Made by a program: the position numbers and the translations under genes. DNA of 64,000 nt from Cyanophora paradoxa CCMP329 (taxonomy: Eukaryota > Plantae > Glaucophyta). Location of the stretch: the NCBI GenBank assembly GCA_004431415.1, contig QPMI01000588.1:62001-126000 (forward strand), read 5' to 3'. This document shows, piece after piece, positions 13,101-25,200 of the stretch. How positions within the stretch are numbered: the first letter of the stretch is position 1; the number at the start of each line of letters is the position of its first letter. Under the pieces are notes generated by a model. It saw only the letters and a list, made by a program, of their open reading frames with translations, had not been told where the DNA came from and searched no databases.

Positions 13101-16100
13101 CGCGGCCTGACGCCGCGACAGGGGGAGCCCCTGGTGGCGCACGTCAAGGGGGCGGCCGAGGTCGTTCTCCGCCTCTGCACAGCCCGCGCCTCCGGATACG
13201 GTCCCGATCGCGACGCCAACGCGAGCGAATTTCGCGCTCGTGCTTGCGAATTTCCTAGAACTGACGTGTATCCGCCTTAGGCTGTACCAGTCGCGAGCGA
13301 CCCTGGCTTTACGGAGCGCACGCTAGCTCGCGCAGAGGCCGTGCGTGCTCGTCTCTTCGTTCTGAAGCAAACGTCGTACTGACGACGGCGAAGATGGCGG
13401 GTCGGGGCCTGCGGGTGCTGGCTCTCGCTCGTCGCGAAATCGCAGCCTCGGCGCCGCTGGGCGCCGCCCTCGCCGCTTGCCCCGCCGGAGGCGAGCCGCC
13501 GGACCGCGCAGCCGTCGAGGACGACCTGACCTTCCTCGCCCTGGTCCGCCCACTGTAATTTGATCCGACAGCGTCTTCGCGGATTTCTAGGTCAACGTTC
13601 GCGCGCAGGTTGGGATCTACGACCCGCCCCGCCCCGAGACGGCCGAGTCGGTGGCCACCTGCCAGCGCGCTGGAATCACCGTCCACATGCTCACTGGCGA
13701 CCACGCCTCAACGGCGCGTCCGGGGATCCTGGACGGGCCTCGATTAAATATGTTCATCTTATATTAAGGTTCTTGCGGGAGTCGACGTCGACGTGACTAT
13801 CCGCGCTGCAGGCGGGAGCGATCGCGCGGCAGGTGGGGATTGTGCCGGCCGGCCTCGACCCCGCGGAGGCCCGCCGCGCCGGACTCGTCATGACCGCCCC
13901 CGTGCGCTTTTGACTTCGGATACAGATACATACAGAGCCCGCCCTCCTCTAGATGCAGATCTTTGAAGCCCGACTCCGCCGCAGGAGTTTGACGCCCTGA
14001 CGACGGAGCAGGCGCCAGCTTTTCGAGCAGTACGAGCGCATGCGCACGCGCTCTGACGGATCGCAGGAGGACGGCATGCCGCAGCTGCCGCTCGTGCTCG
14101 CCCGCTGCTCTCCGGAGTCCAAGGTCCTTCAATTTCTTCCCTTCGCTAACTTGGTAGAAATCTAACGACTTGGTGAAGGTGAAGCTTGTTCACGCCCTCA
14201 AGAGGCGGAAGGCCTTTGGTGCGCGGAAGGCCCATCAAAATTAAGACCCATTCGGATCCTGATGAATATGGCCTCCCGGCTCGCAGTCGCGATGACGGGG
14301 GACGGGGTGCGAGCGGAGATCGCGCAGATTCATCCCCTCAGGGCCGCCCTTATAATTAACGTGCAAGTGGACGGGCCGCGGGGGCAGGTGAACGACGCGC
14401 CGTCGATCGTGCAGGCGGACGTCGGCATCGCGATGGGCCTCTCCGGCTCCGACGTCACCAAGGAGGCCGCCGACATCGTGCGGGATTAAACTATAATCGA
14501 TGTCATGTACACGTACATGCGCGCCGTTCCTGCGGTGATCCCGCTGCAGGTCCTCACGGACGACAACTTTGCCTCCATCGTCCACGCCGTCGAGGTCCCC
14601 GCGCAGCCCTAGGCCTCCTCTCCCAAGCCGAGTTTTAGACACGGGCCGTCGACCGCGCCCTCGCCCTCGCCCTCGCCCGCGCAGGACGGGCGGCGCATCT
14701 TCGCGAACATCGGCAAGTTCCTCGTGCACCTCCTCTCCAGCAACGTCGCCGAGGCCCGCCCGCCCGCCTCCACATCCCCCGTCCCCTCCCCCGGAGCCTC
14801 GGATCCTGACGGCCGGCGCCCGGGCAGGTGATCGTGCTCGTCGTGGGCCTCGTCTTCGGGACCTTCCCCAAGCAGGACGACCCCTCCACGTGCCCCGCCC
14901 CCGCCCCGCCCTCCCCGCCCGCCCCCGCCCCCGCCCCCTCGCGCTCGATCGCGATCTCGAGCGCCGAGGGCGCCCACAGGGAGGGCTACGTCTTCCCCAT
15001 GACCGCCATCCAAGTCCTCTACCTCAACCTCGTGCGCGCGCGCGCCCCCAAAGGGTCCTGCAGCAGCTGCGCCGCCATCGGGCGCGGGGGCGCAGGTGAC
15101 GGGGACGCCGGCGGACATCGCCCTCGGGGCCGAGGCCGCCTCACCGGACCTCATGCTCATGCGCGCTGCAGGCCCCAGCCGCCCGATCCGATCCCGCCTC
15201 TCCTGGTTCAACGCGGCCTTGAATTCGATTTTCCGAGCGCAGGCCGCCCCAGTCCGCCGTGGAGGGGCTCTTCACGCCGGAAGTCCGCCCCGCCCTCGCG
15301 ATCGGCCAGCGCGCACCCGGCCCCCGTCTCCTCCTTGTGACCGCGGCATCCAACGCCCCCGCCGGCCGCAGCTCATCAGCGACACGTTCGTCTACGGGAT
15401 CGTCATGGGCGCCTTCTCCCTCGCCTCCTTCTGCGTCGTGCGCTCGCGCCGCACGGGGCTCGAGATCGAGCTCCCCCGCCCGCTTTGCTTTGCGTGCGAG
15501 TGCTTGTTCGAATTATATAATTAGGTGATTTTCTGGCGCTACGATGGCGACTACGGGGTCGAGTGCGGCTCGTTTGCGGATGTGCGTCCGCTTGGTGGAG
15601 ATTTTGCGCCCGGGGTCTCACGTGGCGATTGAATATTGACCCCTCGGCGGGGCGCAGGGCGAGGGCTGCGGGCACGTCCCGCGGGCGCGCAGCGCCGCGT
15701 TCGGGTCCCTCACCTTCACGCGCGCCACACCGCCCCGCCCCTTGGCATTCTCAGAGTCTGAGCGGCACAGCTGATCATGCATGACGCGCCGGCCGCGGCG
15801 GGAGCAGGCTCCTGGTGCTGGCCTTCCTCATCCGCCACCGCCGCCTCTCCGTCACCCGCCTCGCCTGGCGCCCCGCCAAGTCCGCCCCGCCCCACCGCCC
15901 CCCACCTCGAGCTCTCCTCGAGCTCGCCCTGCAGACCCCTCTTCATCGCCGTGCTGGTCCCGGCCGCCCTCACCGCCGCCCTCTTCTACATCCCCGTCAT
16001 CAACGACGAGGCCAGCCGCTTTCGCGCGCCAGCGCTGGACGGGATCCGATGTGGCCGCGTGCGCAGGTGTTCGGGCTGGCCCCCATCTCGTGGGAGTGGG

Positions 16101-16494
16101 CCCTCATCGGAGCCTCCGTCGGCTTCCTCGTCCTCTTCAGCGAGGCATACAAGGTGACTAGTACTCGAGCTTAATCTTGCAGGGCGCGAAATGAAACGCG
16201 CGCTTTCAGACCGGGCTGAGTTCGTGCTCCGCGCAGGCGTGCAAGCGGCGGCTGCTGGGGTCGCCCCCGCGTCCGGAGCAGATCTTAGCTGACCGGCCGC
16301 AACCCCCGGGGATCCTCGTCGTGCCGGCAGCTGCAGCCGGACCCTTAGGCCTGGAGCTAGGCGCCCCCGGACAGCCCGTCGAACTCGCAGGCGGCCCGCC
16401 TGCAGCTGAATCGCTTGCAGCTAGCGCTGCGCGAGCGTTCCCTCCGGCCAGCGTCGCTGTACATGGCGATCGAATGGCGATGGCGGAGGAGTGA
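10159..16494 (+). CDS. P-type ATPase, type IID (ENA-like Na+/K+ efflux ATPase), many small exons
   Basis: Spliced motifs in order: [145 protein letters not shown], GSDVxK and M6 NLVTGT (no SERCA Asp) favour P2D. Confidence 0.88.
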
Positions 16495-17646
16495 GCGCTG
16501 GCCAGCAGAGTCTGAAAATGAGAATTCGAACTATGCAAAGATATTTTGCGATCGACCTTGATTCACTGCTCAGCTTCATGATCAAGATATTAATACCGAT
16601 TGCTCATGCACGCTGCAGCTGCGATGCAGCTAGTGCGATATCGATTTTCGCAGAGTTTCGCAGATCAGCGGGGGCTGGCGCGCTGGCAGGCGCGCGCGTC
16701 TAGCTAGCTGTAGTCACTTCAACCGTCGGATGCACGTGCACGTTTTCTCTAGCCAAATTGAAGCACCTCTAGCTAGCTAGCCCTAGCAATTAAATTGAAG
16801 ACCTAGCAAGCCATATGGTTGTAGCTAGCTAGAGCCTAGCTAGAGCGAGAAATTCTGCCGAGCGTGTTCATTTAGTTTTTGCAGTTTTCGCGGCAAGCGC
16901 TGGGCGCGCGTACGTAGCACTTCTCTGATAATATAGGCTTGAGGAAATTGGAGGAACAATTATTATATTGGTGGAGCTAGGATGAGCAATTGGAGGAAAA
17001 TCGAGTACAGAAAATCGGCCGGAGAAGAGCCGGCCAGATCTACATCAAGCACAGTAGGAGCCAGATCGAACTTGAAATGGTCCGTGCGCGCCGCTCTCAG
17101 CTACGCGCGATCTCAGCCACGCGCGCCGCCGCGCGCATGTGCAGAATCCCGACCGCGAGGGATACGGAGCAAACGAGAACGCGCGCTTCTCCGGCACGCG
17201 CGCTAAGCCTCTCAGCGCTGATCAGGAGGTGCCGCGAAAATTTCCCGGTCCCGCGAAATCTGCCGCCCTGTCCGACGCCGCGCGCGATATCGATTCTCCG
17301 CGCAGAACGCGCCGCAGCGGCTGGTGCCGACGTCCGGCGGCGGGCAGGCGATGGACGCTGCGGCGGAGACGCCATTTCAGGGCGGCGGCGGGCGCGCGGA
17401 GCCGAAGGGGAACCTCGACGCGCTCAGGCGCCCCGAGGCCTACCAGGGGAATCCCGACTACATCCCCGGCTGAGCGCGAATGCAACCCCGACTAATACAT
17501 CCCGACTGCAGCCGCTGAGCTAGCATTGCGCCCTACGTAAGCATCAGCCTGTAAATTAAATAACTACATGTGCGCGCAACCGCGAACTTCAATTTACATA
17601 ACTGCTGCCCTCAGAAGGCATGGGCCGGGCCGGGGCGGGGCGTTGA

Positions 17647-18030
17647 CTAAGCATATGGCCGTTTGCTGCCTGAACCGTTGAACGAAACCGGCCTTGGCCT
17701 CAGGCTCGAGATTGAGGGCGGATCCGGAGGGGAGGAGGAGAAGGAGGAGAGGAGGGCGCCCTCGCCGGCGGACGGCGTGGGGGAGGCGGGGGCCGGGGCG
17801 ACGGCGGCGCCGGCGGGGCGCTCGACGCGGACGAAGAGGACGAAGCCGACGGAGGCGAACGTGCACGCTGCGGGGGCGCCTCGGTCAGCGGAGCTTCTCC
17901 GCCCCGCGGTGCGAGGAGCCGGGGAGGGCACCAGAGAAGGCGAGGATGGCGGGGGTGTAGGAGCCGGCCCGGCGGTGGCATCGAAGAGGCCGTCGAGGGG
18001 CGAGCCTCGGAGCCCCCAGTGCTGATCTTG
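17647..18030 (-). pseudogene. Possible orphan 3' gene fragment
   Basis: GC-rich coding-like stretch (...TFASVGFVLFVRVERPAG...KRPYA*) with no clear start, bounded by AT-rich/poly-G sequence. Confidence 0.2.
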
Positions 18031-18341
18031 TGCGCGCATGCTGGAAAGGGAATTTAAATCGATCTTGAGAATTAAAGGGGGGGGGGGAGGGGGGATAAGC
18101 ATGCATATATGTTGGCCTCCTCGAGCTCGAGCTTGATCGGGATCGCGCTCGATCTGCGAGGCTCATCTCGTGATTGCGTCATTTCGCAGCAACCGCGGCT
18201 GTATCACGGCATTTCGCAGCAACCGCGACCGCGATGGCAGCCGGAGCTTCCTCTTTCGCGCTGGACGATGCGCACCTCACGATTCGCGGGGCGCTCCCGC
18301 CGTCGGTTCGCTGGGGCGTCCTGCTTTCGAGGACGTCGTCT

Positions 18342-20123
18342 ATGACAGACGACGACGACATCGAGCACGGCGGCCTGCGGCCAGGCGATGAGGTGCGCGG
18401 GGCGCACGCCCGCGCGCGCGAATGTGAAAATTTCGCCATCGATCGCAACTTCGCGCCAAAAATCGCGGGCGCCCGTACAGATCTTACTGGGAGTCTGCAT
18501 GGACCCGGAAGCGCGCTGGGGATCCATGAATCCTGTCTGGGAAAGTGGAACGAATTTGCGCCTGTCCGGGCAGGTCCAGCGGCTTGCTGGAAGTGCCATC
18601 GTGCTGCGAATGGATCCGGAGGTTCGCGCACGCCGGCCCGCGGTCGATCGAATTTGAGCGAACTTGATCTTGAGTGCGTGCGCAGGCATCGAATCCCATT
18701 TGGGGCGCAGGCCTAGCTACAGGTGAATCCGGATCCGTGGCGGTGGTGCAGCGAACTTTCTTTGGCAACATCAAGCTTGTATGTATAATTATAATTATAT
18801 AAGCGACGTCGATGACGCGGAGCGCTTTTGATTTCGCTGATCGTGAGCTACATCTCTCAGTATCGTCTGGTTGCTCTCGTCTCGAATTTGAGGCAGCTGG
18901 GGTGCCCAGCGGCGAGCTTGGATCACCTGCTTACCACGAAGCGCGCGGCCGCAGGTGAAATGTTTTGCGGGAGATAACGATGGCGATAACGATTGGTCTA
19001 AAGCTTCATTTCCGTGTGCAGCGCAGGGAATGTCGAACTCGAAGCTCCGCCTGCTCGTCACGGGCTTCGACGAGTACTGCACCGGAACGGAGTCCAAGCG
19101 CCAGGATCCGAGCGGCAATGAATTCAACTTCACGCGCGAGATCGAAGTCCACGGTGCGCGAACATGTACCGCTATTCGGGATCTCGACGTTGCAGTTTCT
19201 CGTTCGAATTCGCCAGCGCAGGCTCGGAGACGTTGACGAATCTGAAGCGGGCCATTGTGAACGTCCTCGGCATCGACACAAGCTCCGGTTTGCGCTGCAT
19301 TTAGTTTTCGTAATTGATTTCGAAATTTGATCTAGATCTTGCAACAATTCACCTTGATCGATATCCGTAGAGGGGCGGATCTTCCGCTTCCGTTTCAACG
19401 GAGTCTCCCTCCCCAAGTTCTCGCACGAGAGAACCCCCTTCCGCCTCTGCGACTTCCCGATCGGCGCGGGCGGAGAGTTCGCGATCCACCTGAAGCCGAA
19501 GGCGAGCCGGACGGGCTGGGCGGTGCGCATGCAATATCGTGCACGTGGAATTTATTTTAAAGATCTAGAGTTATTGCTGCAATTCTGATTCTGGATCCGC
19601 GTCCTGTGCTGTTCGCAGGTGTCCGTCCGCGTGCTGTCTGTGGAGCGGACGACTGTGCCGCCCAAGCGCCTGAAGGTCGCCTGCGTCGGGGGGGAAGGCC
19701 CGCGCTGGGGGAAGTGCGCGGCTCGATCGGTTTTTGATTTAAGAAAATCCGGAATTCAATGCTGCTGCCTCGATCGGTTTTTGATTCGAGAAAAATCCGC
19801 GGTATTGATTCTGTCTCAGGTACGCGGGGCAGGGGCGGGATGGCGACGGTTTCCGTGGCACGGTCGCCTCGGACGACTCGGACCTGGACGAGGAGGGGAA
19901 CGTGGCCCAAGGCGAACGAGTGCCTGCGGGGGCGGCACGCCCTCTGGGCCAAACCCGGCAAGCGCCGCCGGCAGGAGTCCCAGGTCGACGAGCACGAATT
20001 CGAATCCTGGCTCTGAACCTAGATAGGGCGACGCGGAAGACGTCGCAAGCTGAAGACCGTGCTGAAGACCAGCCAGCGCTCTGTGCACGCGTACGACTAT
20101 GCTTAGCAGGATGCAATCATTGA
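18342..20123 (+). CDS. Multi-exon protein with a degenerate pRiA4b-Orf3/MM3350-like domain
   Basis: Manual splicing gives ...FTREIEVHGSETLTNLKRAIVNVLGID...IFRFRF...FRLCDFPIGAGGEFAIHL...GWAVSVRVLSVE...ACVGGEGPRWGKY...SDDSDLDEE. This follows the pRiA4b Orf3 pattern, but the YDFGD motif is not conserved. 3' end uncertain. Confidence 0.4.
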
Positions 20124-20224
20124 TCATGAATCAGTACGGTATACGTAGAATGCCATTAAACCATTCGAACACGGACGTGCTAGGCGCGGGGGCCGGGTGG
20201 AGGGGCGGGGATCGCGGAGGGGGC

Positions 20225-20626
20225 CAGGGGGCCTGGGAATTCGAAGGGGGCGAGGCGGGGACGGCGAACGGGGGCGAGAGGGGGGCGATCTCCCGCTCGA
20301 CGGCGGCCGCAGGATCGGGAGCGAGGCCACGGCCGAGCCGCGCCCCAGGGCCGCGTTGAGGGGCCCCTGGGCCGGCGAGGCGCCGCGCGCGGGGCTGCCG
20401 GCGAGGGCCCGCGGCCCGCGGGGCGCCGGCGACGTTCAGGAAGGCGGCGAGCGAGTCGTCGCCGGCGCGGGCCGCGGGGCTCGCGCTTGCGCCCAGCGTC
20501 GGCGCTTTGCGCGCCGCCTGCCCCACCAGCACCGAGCGCGAGCGGAAGGCGCGGGCGGCGGTCCGCGCGCCCCGCGCGTACACGGGCGAGGCGGCGCCGC
20601 AGCCGCCGCTCGTGCCCGAGGCGTTG
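20225..20626 (-). pseudogene. Diverged copy of an internal segment (~25210-25575) of the neighbouring cyclase gene
   Basis: Direct similarity in the same orientation, e.g. cgcgccgcctgccccaccagcaccgagcgcgagcggaaggcgcggg at ~20510 and ~25470; both encode ARTAARAFRSRSVLVGQAARKAPTLGASASPAARAGDDSLAAFL. Confidence 0.85.
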
Positions 20627-21064
20627 TACTGTCAATCCACAAAGTTAGGCGACGACAAAGTTAGGCGCGGATAGACGAGTTCACCCATTCGTCTAACTTA
20701 ATCCCCGTACGGGGGGGGTACGCCATAGTAACGCTTGGACTCTTTGGAGCGAGACTCTTTTTTTTGTGAGGTTCCGCGAGCCTTCTGGGAGCTTTCTGGG
20801 AGCCTGGGTCTCTTTTTCACTTTTTTCTGCGAGCTTGTGCCAGGCTGCCAGCAGGAGTGAGACTGTCAGCAGCAGTCGACTCTGCCAGCAGATCATCTCT
20901 GTCATCGGCGACTTGTCGCTGTGCCGGGTGCCCTCACCAGGTCCGCGGCTGTCCGCCCGGCCCGCACGTCGCTGCTCTAGATCTTTAAAAGTTCGCGGAT
21001 CGGCCTCGGGTGGCTGAGCGACGCCGCAGCCGCGCCGACCTAGTTCGTCTCCGACAAGAAGAAG

Positions 21065-21789
21065 ATGTCGACGACGACCTACCAGCCGAGGGGCTTTTTC
21101 TGCTGGTCCGCACGCGCGTCGCGCTCCCGGCCCCCGGGCCTCCCCGCCAGGCTTCCGCACGCCCCCAACCCGGGACCGTCTGCCGACGCCCGGGCCGGGA
21201 ACGCGTGCAGGTCGGACTACAAGTGCAAGGGGAGCGTGCTCTCGAAAGGAAACGGCAGCTACGACTCGTGCATCGGTTTGGGCGGCAAGTCGCTGGAAAA
21301 CGACATGTGCACGACGAAGGCGGCCTCGGACGCCAAAAACCTGAACTGCTGGGAGTGTTGGGATGTTCGTAACTTGAGCTGATTCCACTTGTAATCTGTG
21401 CTGCAAACGACCGTCCGACGGTCGGCGCGCTCGTTCGCAGGAGACTGTGACTTGTACCAACGGGGTTTGTATACGTACTTGTTCTGTAACGCCCAGCGCC
21501 CCCTGCTCACTCTGTTTGCAGTACATATATAACCCGCACGACCCGTCCTGCGGATCCGGACGCCTGGACGAGCCCGTCAACATTCAAGGTGCGAAGAAGC
21601 TAAGAGCGTTGATCGAGCCTCGGAGTGATTCCCGGGCCGCCCGCGATAAAGCTGAACGTCCCTCCCGCGGCCGCCGCCGCAGACGTCGAGGAGGGGGAGG
21701 GCTTCGAGCTGGAGGAGGCGGACCTCTTCGAGCTGAACAGCGGCGCCAGCGCCGAGGGCGAGCTCGAGGCCGCCTCCGAGCAGCAGTAG
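21065..21789 (+). CDS. Small Cys-rich protein with an acidic tail, about 4 exons
   Basis: GT-AG splicing gives MSTTTYQPRGFFCWSDYKCKG...DSCIGLGG...DMCTTK...NCWECWDETVTCTNG YIYNPHDPSCG...DVEEGEGFELEEADLFELNSGASAEGELEAASEQQ*. Confidence 0.5.
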
Positions 21790-22298
21790 GCGCCAAGTCG
21801 GAAGCAGATCATCAGGGCCCCGCGTGAATTCGAACATCGACCTGTAACTATAATTACATAATATAATATAAATAAATATGTTTGCAATCCGATGATCCGC
21901 CCTAGCTGCCGTCCTAAGCAGGCTCGGGCCTGGGTCTGGGCGTATTATTCAATGATTAAGCTTAAGCCGTAGAGGGCGCAGAACGCGGCAAGGGCCGGAG
22001 GCGGGGCCCGGGGTGCAGATCTAGAAATCAGGGCGGCGGGATTGACGAGTATGCCCAGGCGGACTCCGGGAGGACGGGGAGGACGGGGACGGGGCCCCAG
22101 CGGTCCGCCACGTGCACGAAGCCGAGGAGACGAAGCCCCACATTGCAATTGCCTTGCGAATGCGGCTCAAAGAAATGATTCATCATTAAATAATTAAATT
22201 CTTAGGCAAACAGCACGATTCGAGGGCGGCTGAGAAGCCGCAAGCACACGCGGAAATCAAATGGGAGAGAAGGGGGGCCCGGTGAGGGGCGGGCGGGG

Positions 22299-25200
22299 CT
22301 AGGAGGCGGAGGAGGTGGCGACGAAGAAGGTGTCGCCGAGGTCGGCGAGGGCGGGCGGGGCGGCGGCGGGGTCGGCGTAGCGCGGCTCCACGGCGAAGAC
22401 GTCGGCGATGCAGTCCGCGACGTCCCGCGAGATGTGCACCCGCAGCGGCAGCGACGACGACTCCAGCCGCTGCGCCGCCTCCATCGCCTCCCTGCACGGG
22501 CGGAGCCGCCGAACGTGAGCGGGGGCCGGGGGCCGGGGCCGAGGCCTGGGCGGGGGGCGGACCCGAAGAGGTCCCAGAACCACTTCTTGTTGCCGATGAT
22601 GCCGCCCGAGGCGGACGCGAGGGCGATGCCGACGCGGACGGAGACGGGGCGGCCCGAGTTGGCGGCGTACTGCTTGAAGGTCTGCACGACGGCGGCGCCC
22701 AGGTCCACCATCTCCACCATCGCCTCCTCCGAGACCGGCTCGTCCAGCCCCGCCACCGCGATCCACGCGTCCCCGATCGTCTGCGGCGCGCGCGCGGCCG
22801 GCGGTGGGCGGGCGCCCCGGGCCTTTTCACAGCCGGGGCGGGCGGGCGGACCTTGAGGACGTGGATGTTGCGCTCGGCGGCGAGCATGTCGAGCTTGCGG
22901 TAGATCGTGTCCAGCATGTCCACCAGCTCCCCCGCGCTCAGCGAGCTGCTCAGCGGCGTGAACCTGCGCCACGCCCGCCGCCGCCGTCAGCCCCCGCGGA
23001 GCGAGCGCCATCGTAATTAGAGAGTGTAGCGGACCCGACGATGTCGGCGGTGAGGACGCCGACGCGCTCGTAGAAGGTCGGCTTGGCGCCGTTGGAGGAG
23101 TCCTTGACGCCGAGGGCGACGGGGGCCGGGAGGCAGAGCTGCAGGAGCCGCTCCGTCTCCCCGCACTCGAACGCCAGCTCCTCCGTCTCCGCCTGCGAAG
23201 CGGCAGCGGCAGCGTCAGCGGAGCGAACGGAGGATATCGGGCGGGGCCGGCGGGGCGGGCCTTGAGCTCGCGGTCGAGGAGGAACTCGACGCGGGCCTCG
23301 AGCTCCTTGAACCACGCCGCCGAGACGCAGATCGCCTCCACCAGCAGCAGGTTCAGCAGCGCCCGCCCCGGCCGCGCCCGCGCCAGCCCCGAGCTCGCCA
23401 GCGAGACCCCGATGAGGGCGAGGTCGAAGACGAGGGTGTCGAGCCAGGGCGCCACGGGCCCCGGGAAGGTGTGTATGATGAAGAGGACGATGAAGAGGTC
23501 GGCGTAGGAGAAGGAGGCCGCCAGCTCCGCCGCCGCGCCGGCCTCGCGCCGGTCGAAGAGCAGCACCGAGATGGCGGCGTTGGCGACGAGGACGGCGGAG
23601 AGGGCGTTGACGACCCAGCGGGCGTGCCGCGTGAAGGGCGCCCGCGCGAAGAGGGCGAGGGCGAGGGCGGCGGCGACGCAGGTGCCCTGGAGGGCGTAGC
23701 GGACGAGGAGGCGGGCGGGGAGGTCGCCGGGGACGCCCGAGCCGTACTGGACGGCGGGCCAGAGGAGCGTGTGGGCGAAGACGAGGGCGAGGACGGTGCG
23801 CGTGTCCGGCAGCGAGGCGCGGGGCACGCGGTCCCAGAACTCGGCCTCGAGGGCGCCGTCCACGAAGCGGCAGTGGACGGCCCCGCGCATGGCGGCGAGG
23901 TGCCGCGGCTGCACGCCCAGCGCCGCCAGCGCCCGGCCCCAGCGCGTCCCCGCCGGGCCCCGCCCCGCCCCCGCCGCCCCGCCCCGGCGTGCCCGCCTCC
24001 GGGTCCGACGTGGCGGCGGCGGCGGCGGCCGCCTGAAGTGAGGCCGGAGAGAAGCCGACCGAGGGCCGCTTGCGCCCCGTGGCCAAGGCCGGCTCCGCGG
24101 CGTGCGGCGCCGGCGCCGGGGCAGCCACTTCGGCGGGCGCCGGGGCGACCGGGGCGGCCCGGGCGGGGCTCGCGGGGTGACGGGCAGCTCGGGCGGGCGG
24201 GGCCGCGCGCGCCGGCTGCAGCTGCGGGCTGGGCGCGGCGAGGGCCTTGAGCGAGGGGACGCTGCCGGGCCTGACGCCGGCGCCCAGCGAGCCGGCCACG
24301 CTGGGCGGCTTGAAGCGGGAGGAGAGGCGCGCGGTGGAGAGGCCGCCGTCCGAGAGCGTCACGTGCCGCCCGCTCGTGCCGGCGGCGCTGCGGGGCGCGG
24401 CGCCGGGCCGGCTGCGCGCGCTCCCGCCGTTGGCGCCCAGCGTGAGGTCCGAGGAGGTCGAGCGGGGCTTCCCGTTGGCCATCGGGCCCACGACGAGCGT
24501 CGCCAGGCCGGCCGTGCCGCCCGTGCCCAAGGCGCCGACGGTGCCGAGGCCGAGGCCGGAGACGACGGAGGAGGGGGCGTTGAGGGGCGTGGCGGGGACG
24601 GCGGGGGCCGGCGGGGGCCCCTCGGGGCTGGAGAGGCGGGCGCTGGAGAGGGAGCGGAGGGATACGTGGGAGGGCCGGGAGCGATCCGACTGGTACGACT
24701 GCCGCGGGCCCGATGCCTCCGTCCCCGTCGCCCCGTCGTTCGGCGGCGGCGAGAGGGTTGAGCTCCGCGGCCCCCGCGCCGTCAGCGGCGCCGCCCCGCG
24801 GGCCGTCAGCGGCCCGCCCCGCGCCGTCGCGTTGCCGCGGTTCGTGCGCGTCGTGCTCTGCCGCCGCGTCGTGCCCCCGCCGGTCGTGCCGCGCGCCGTG
24901 GCGGCCCCGCCGGCGGTGCCGCGCGCCGTGGCGGCGCCGCCGGCGGTGCCGCGCGCCGTGGCGGCGCCGCCCGAGGGCCCAGCACCCGCCGCAGCGTCTG
25001 CAGCGCGTCGTCGTCCTGCGCGGCGGCGTCAGGCGGGGCGCGGGAGCGGAAGGGGGCGCGGGGGGGGCGGGGCCCTGCTCGCCTCGTTGCCGCGGTCGAT
25101 CTTGCCGAGGTTGAGCGGCGTGTGCGGCCGGGCCGCCGCCGCCGCCGCCGCCGACGGGGAGGGGCGGCGGGCGCGGCAGCCAGCGCGAGGGGCGGGGAAG

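Noticed and set aside
18181-18230. Doubled atttcgcagcaaccgcg, and similar short doublets at ~19722-19800 and ~48415-48455
   Set aside because: Only two copies each; simple local slippage is sufficient and there is no evidence of function
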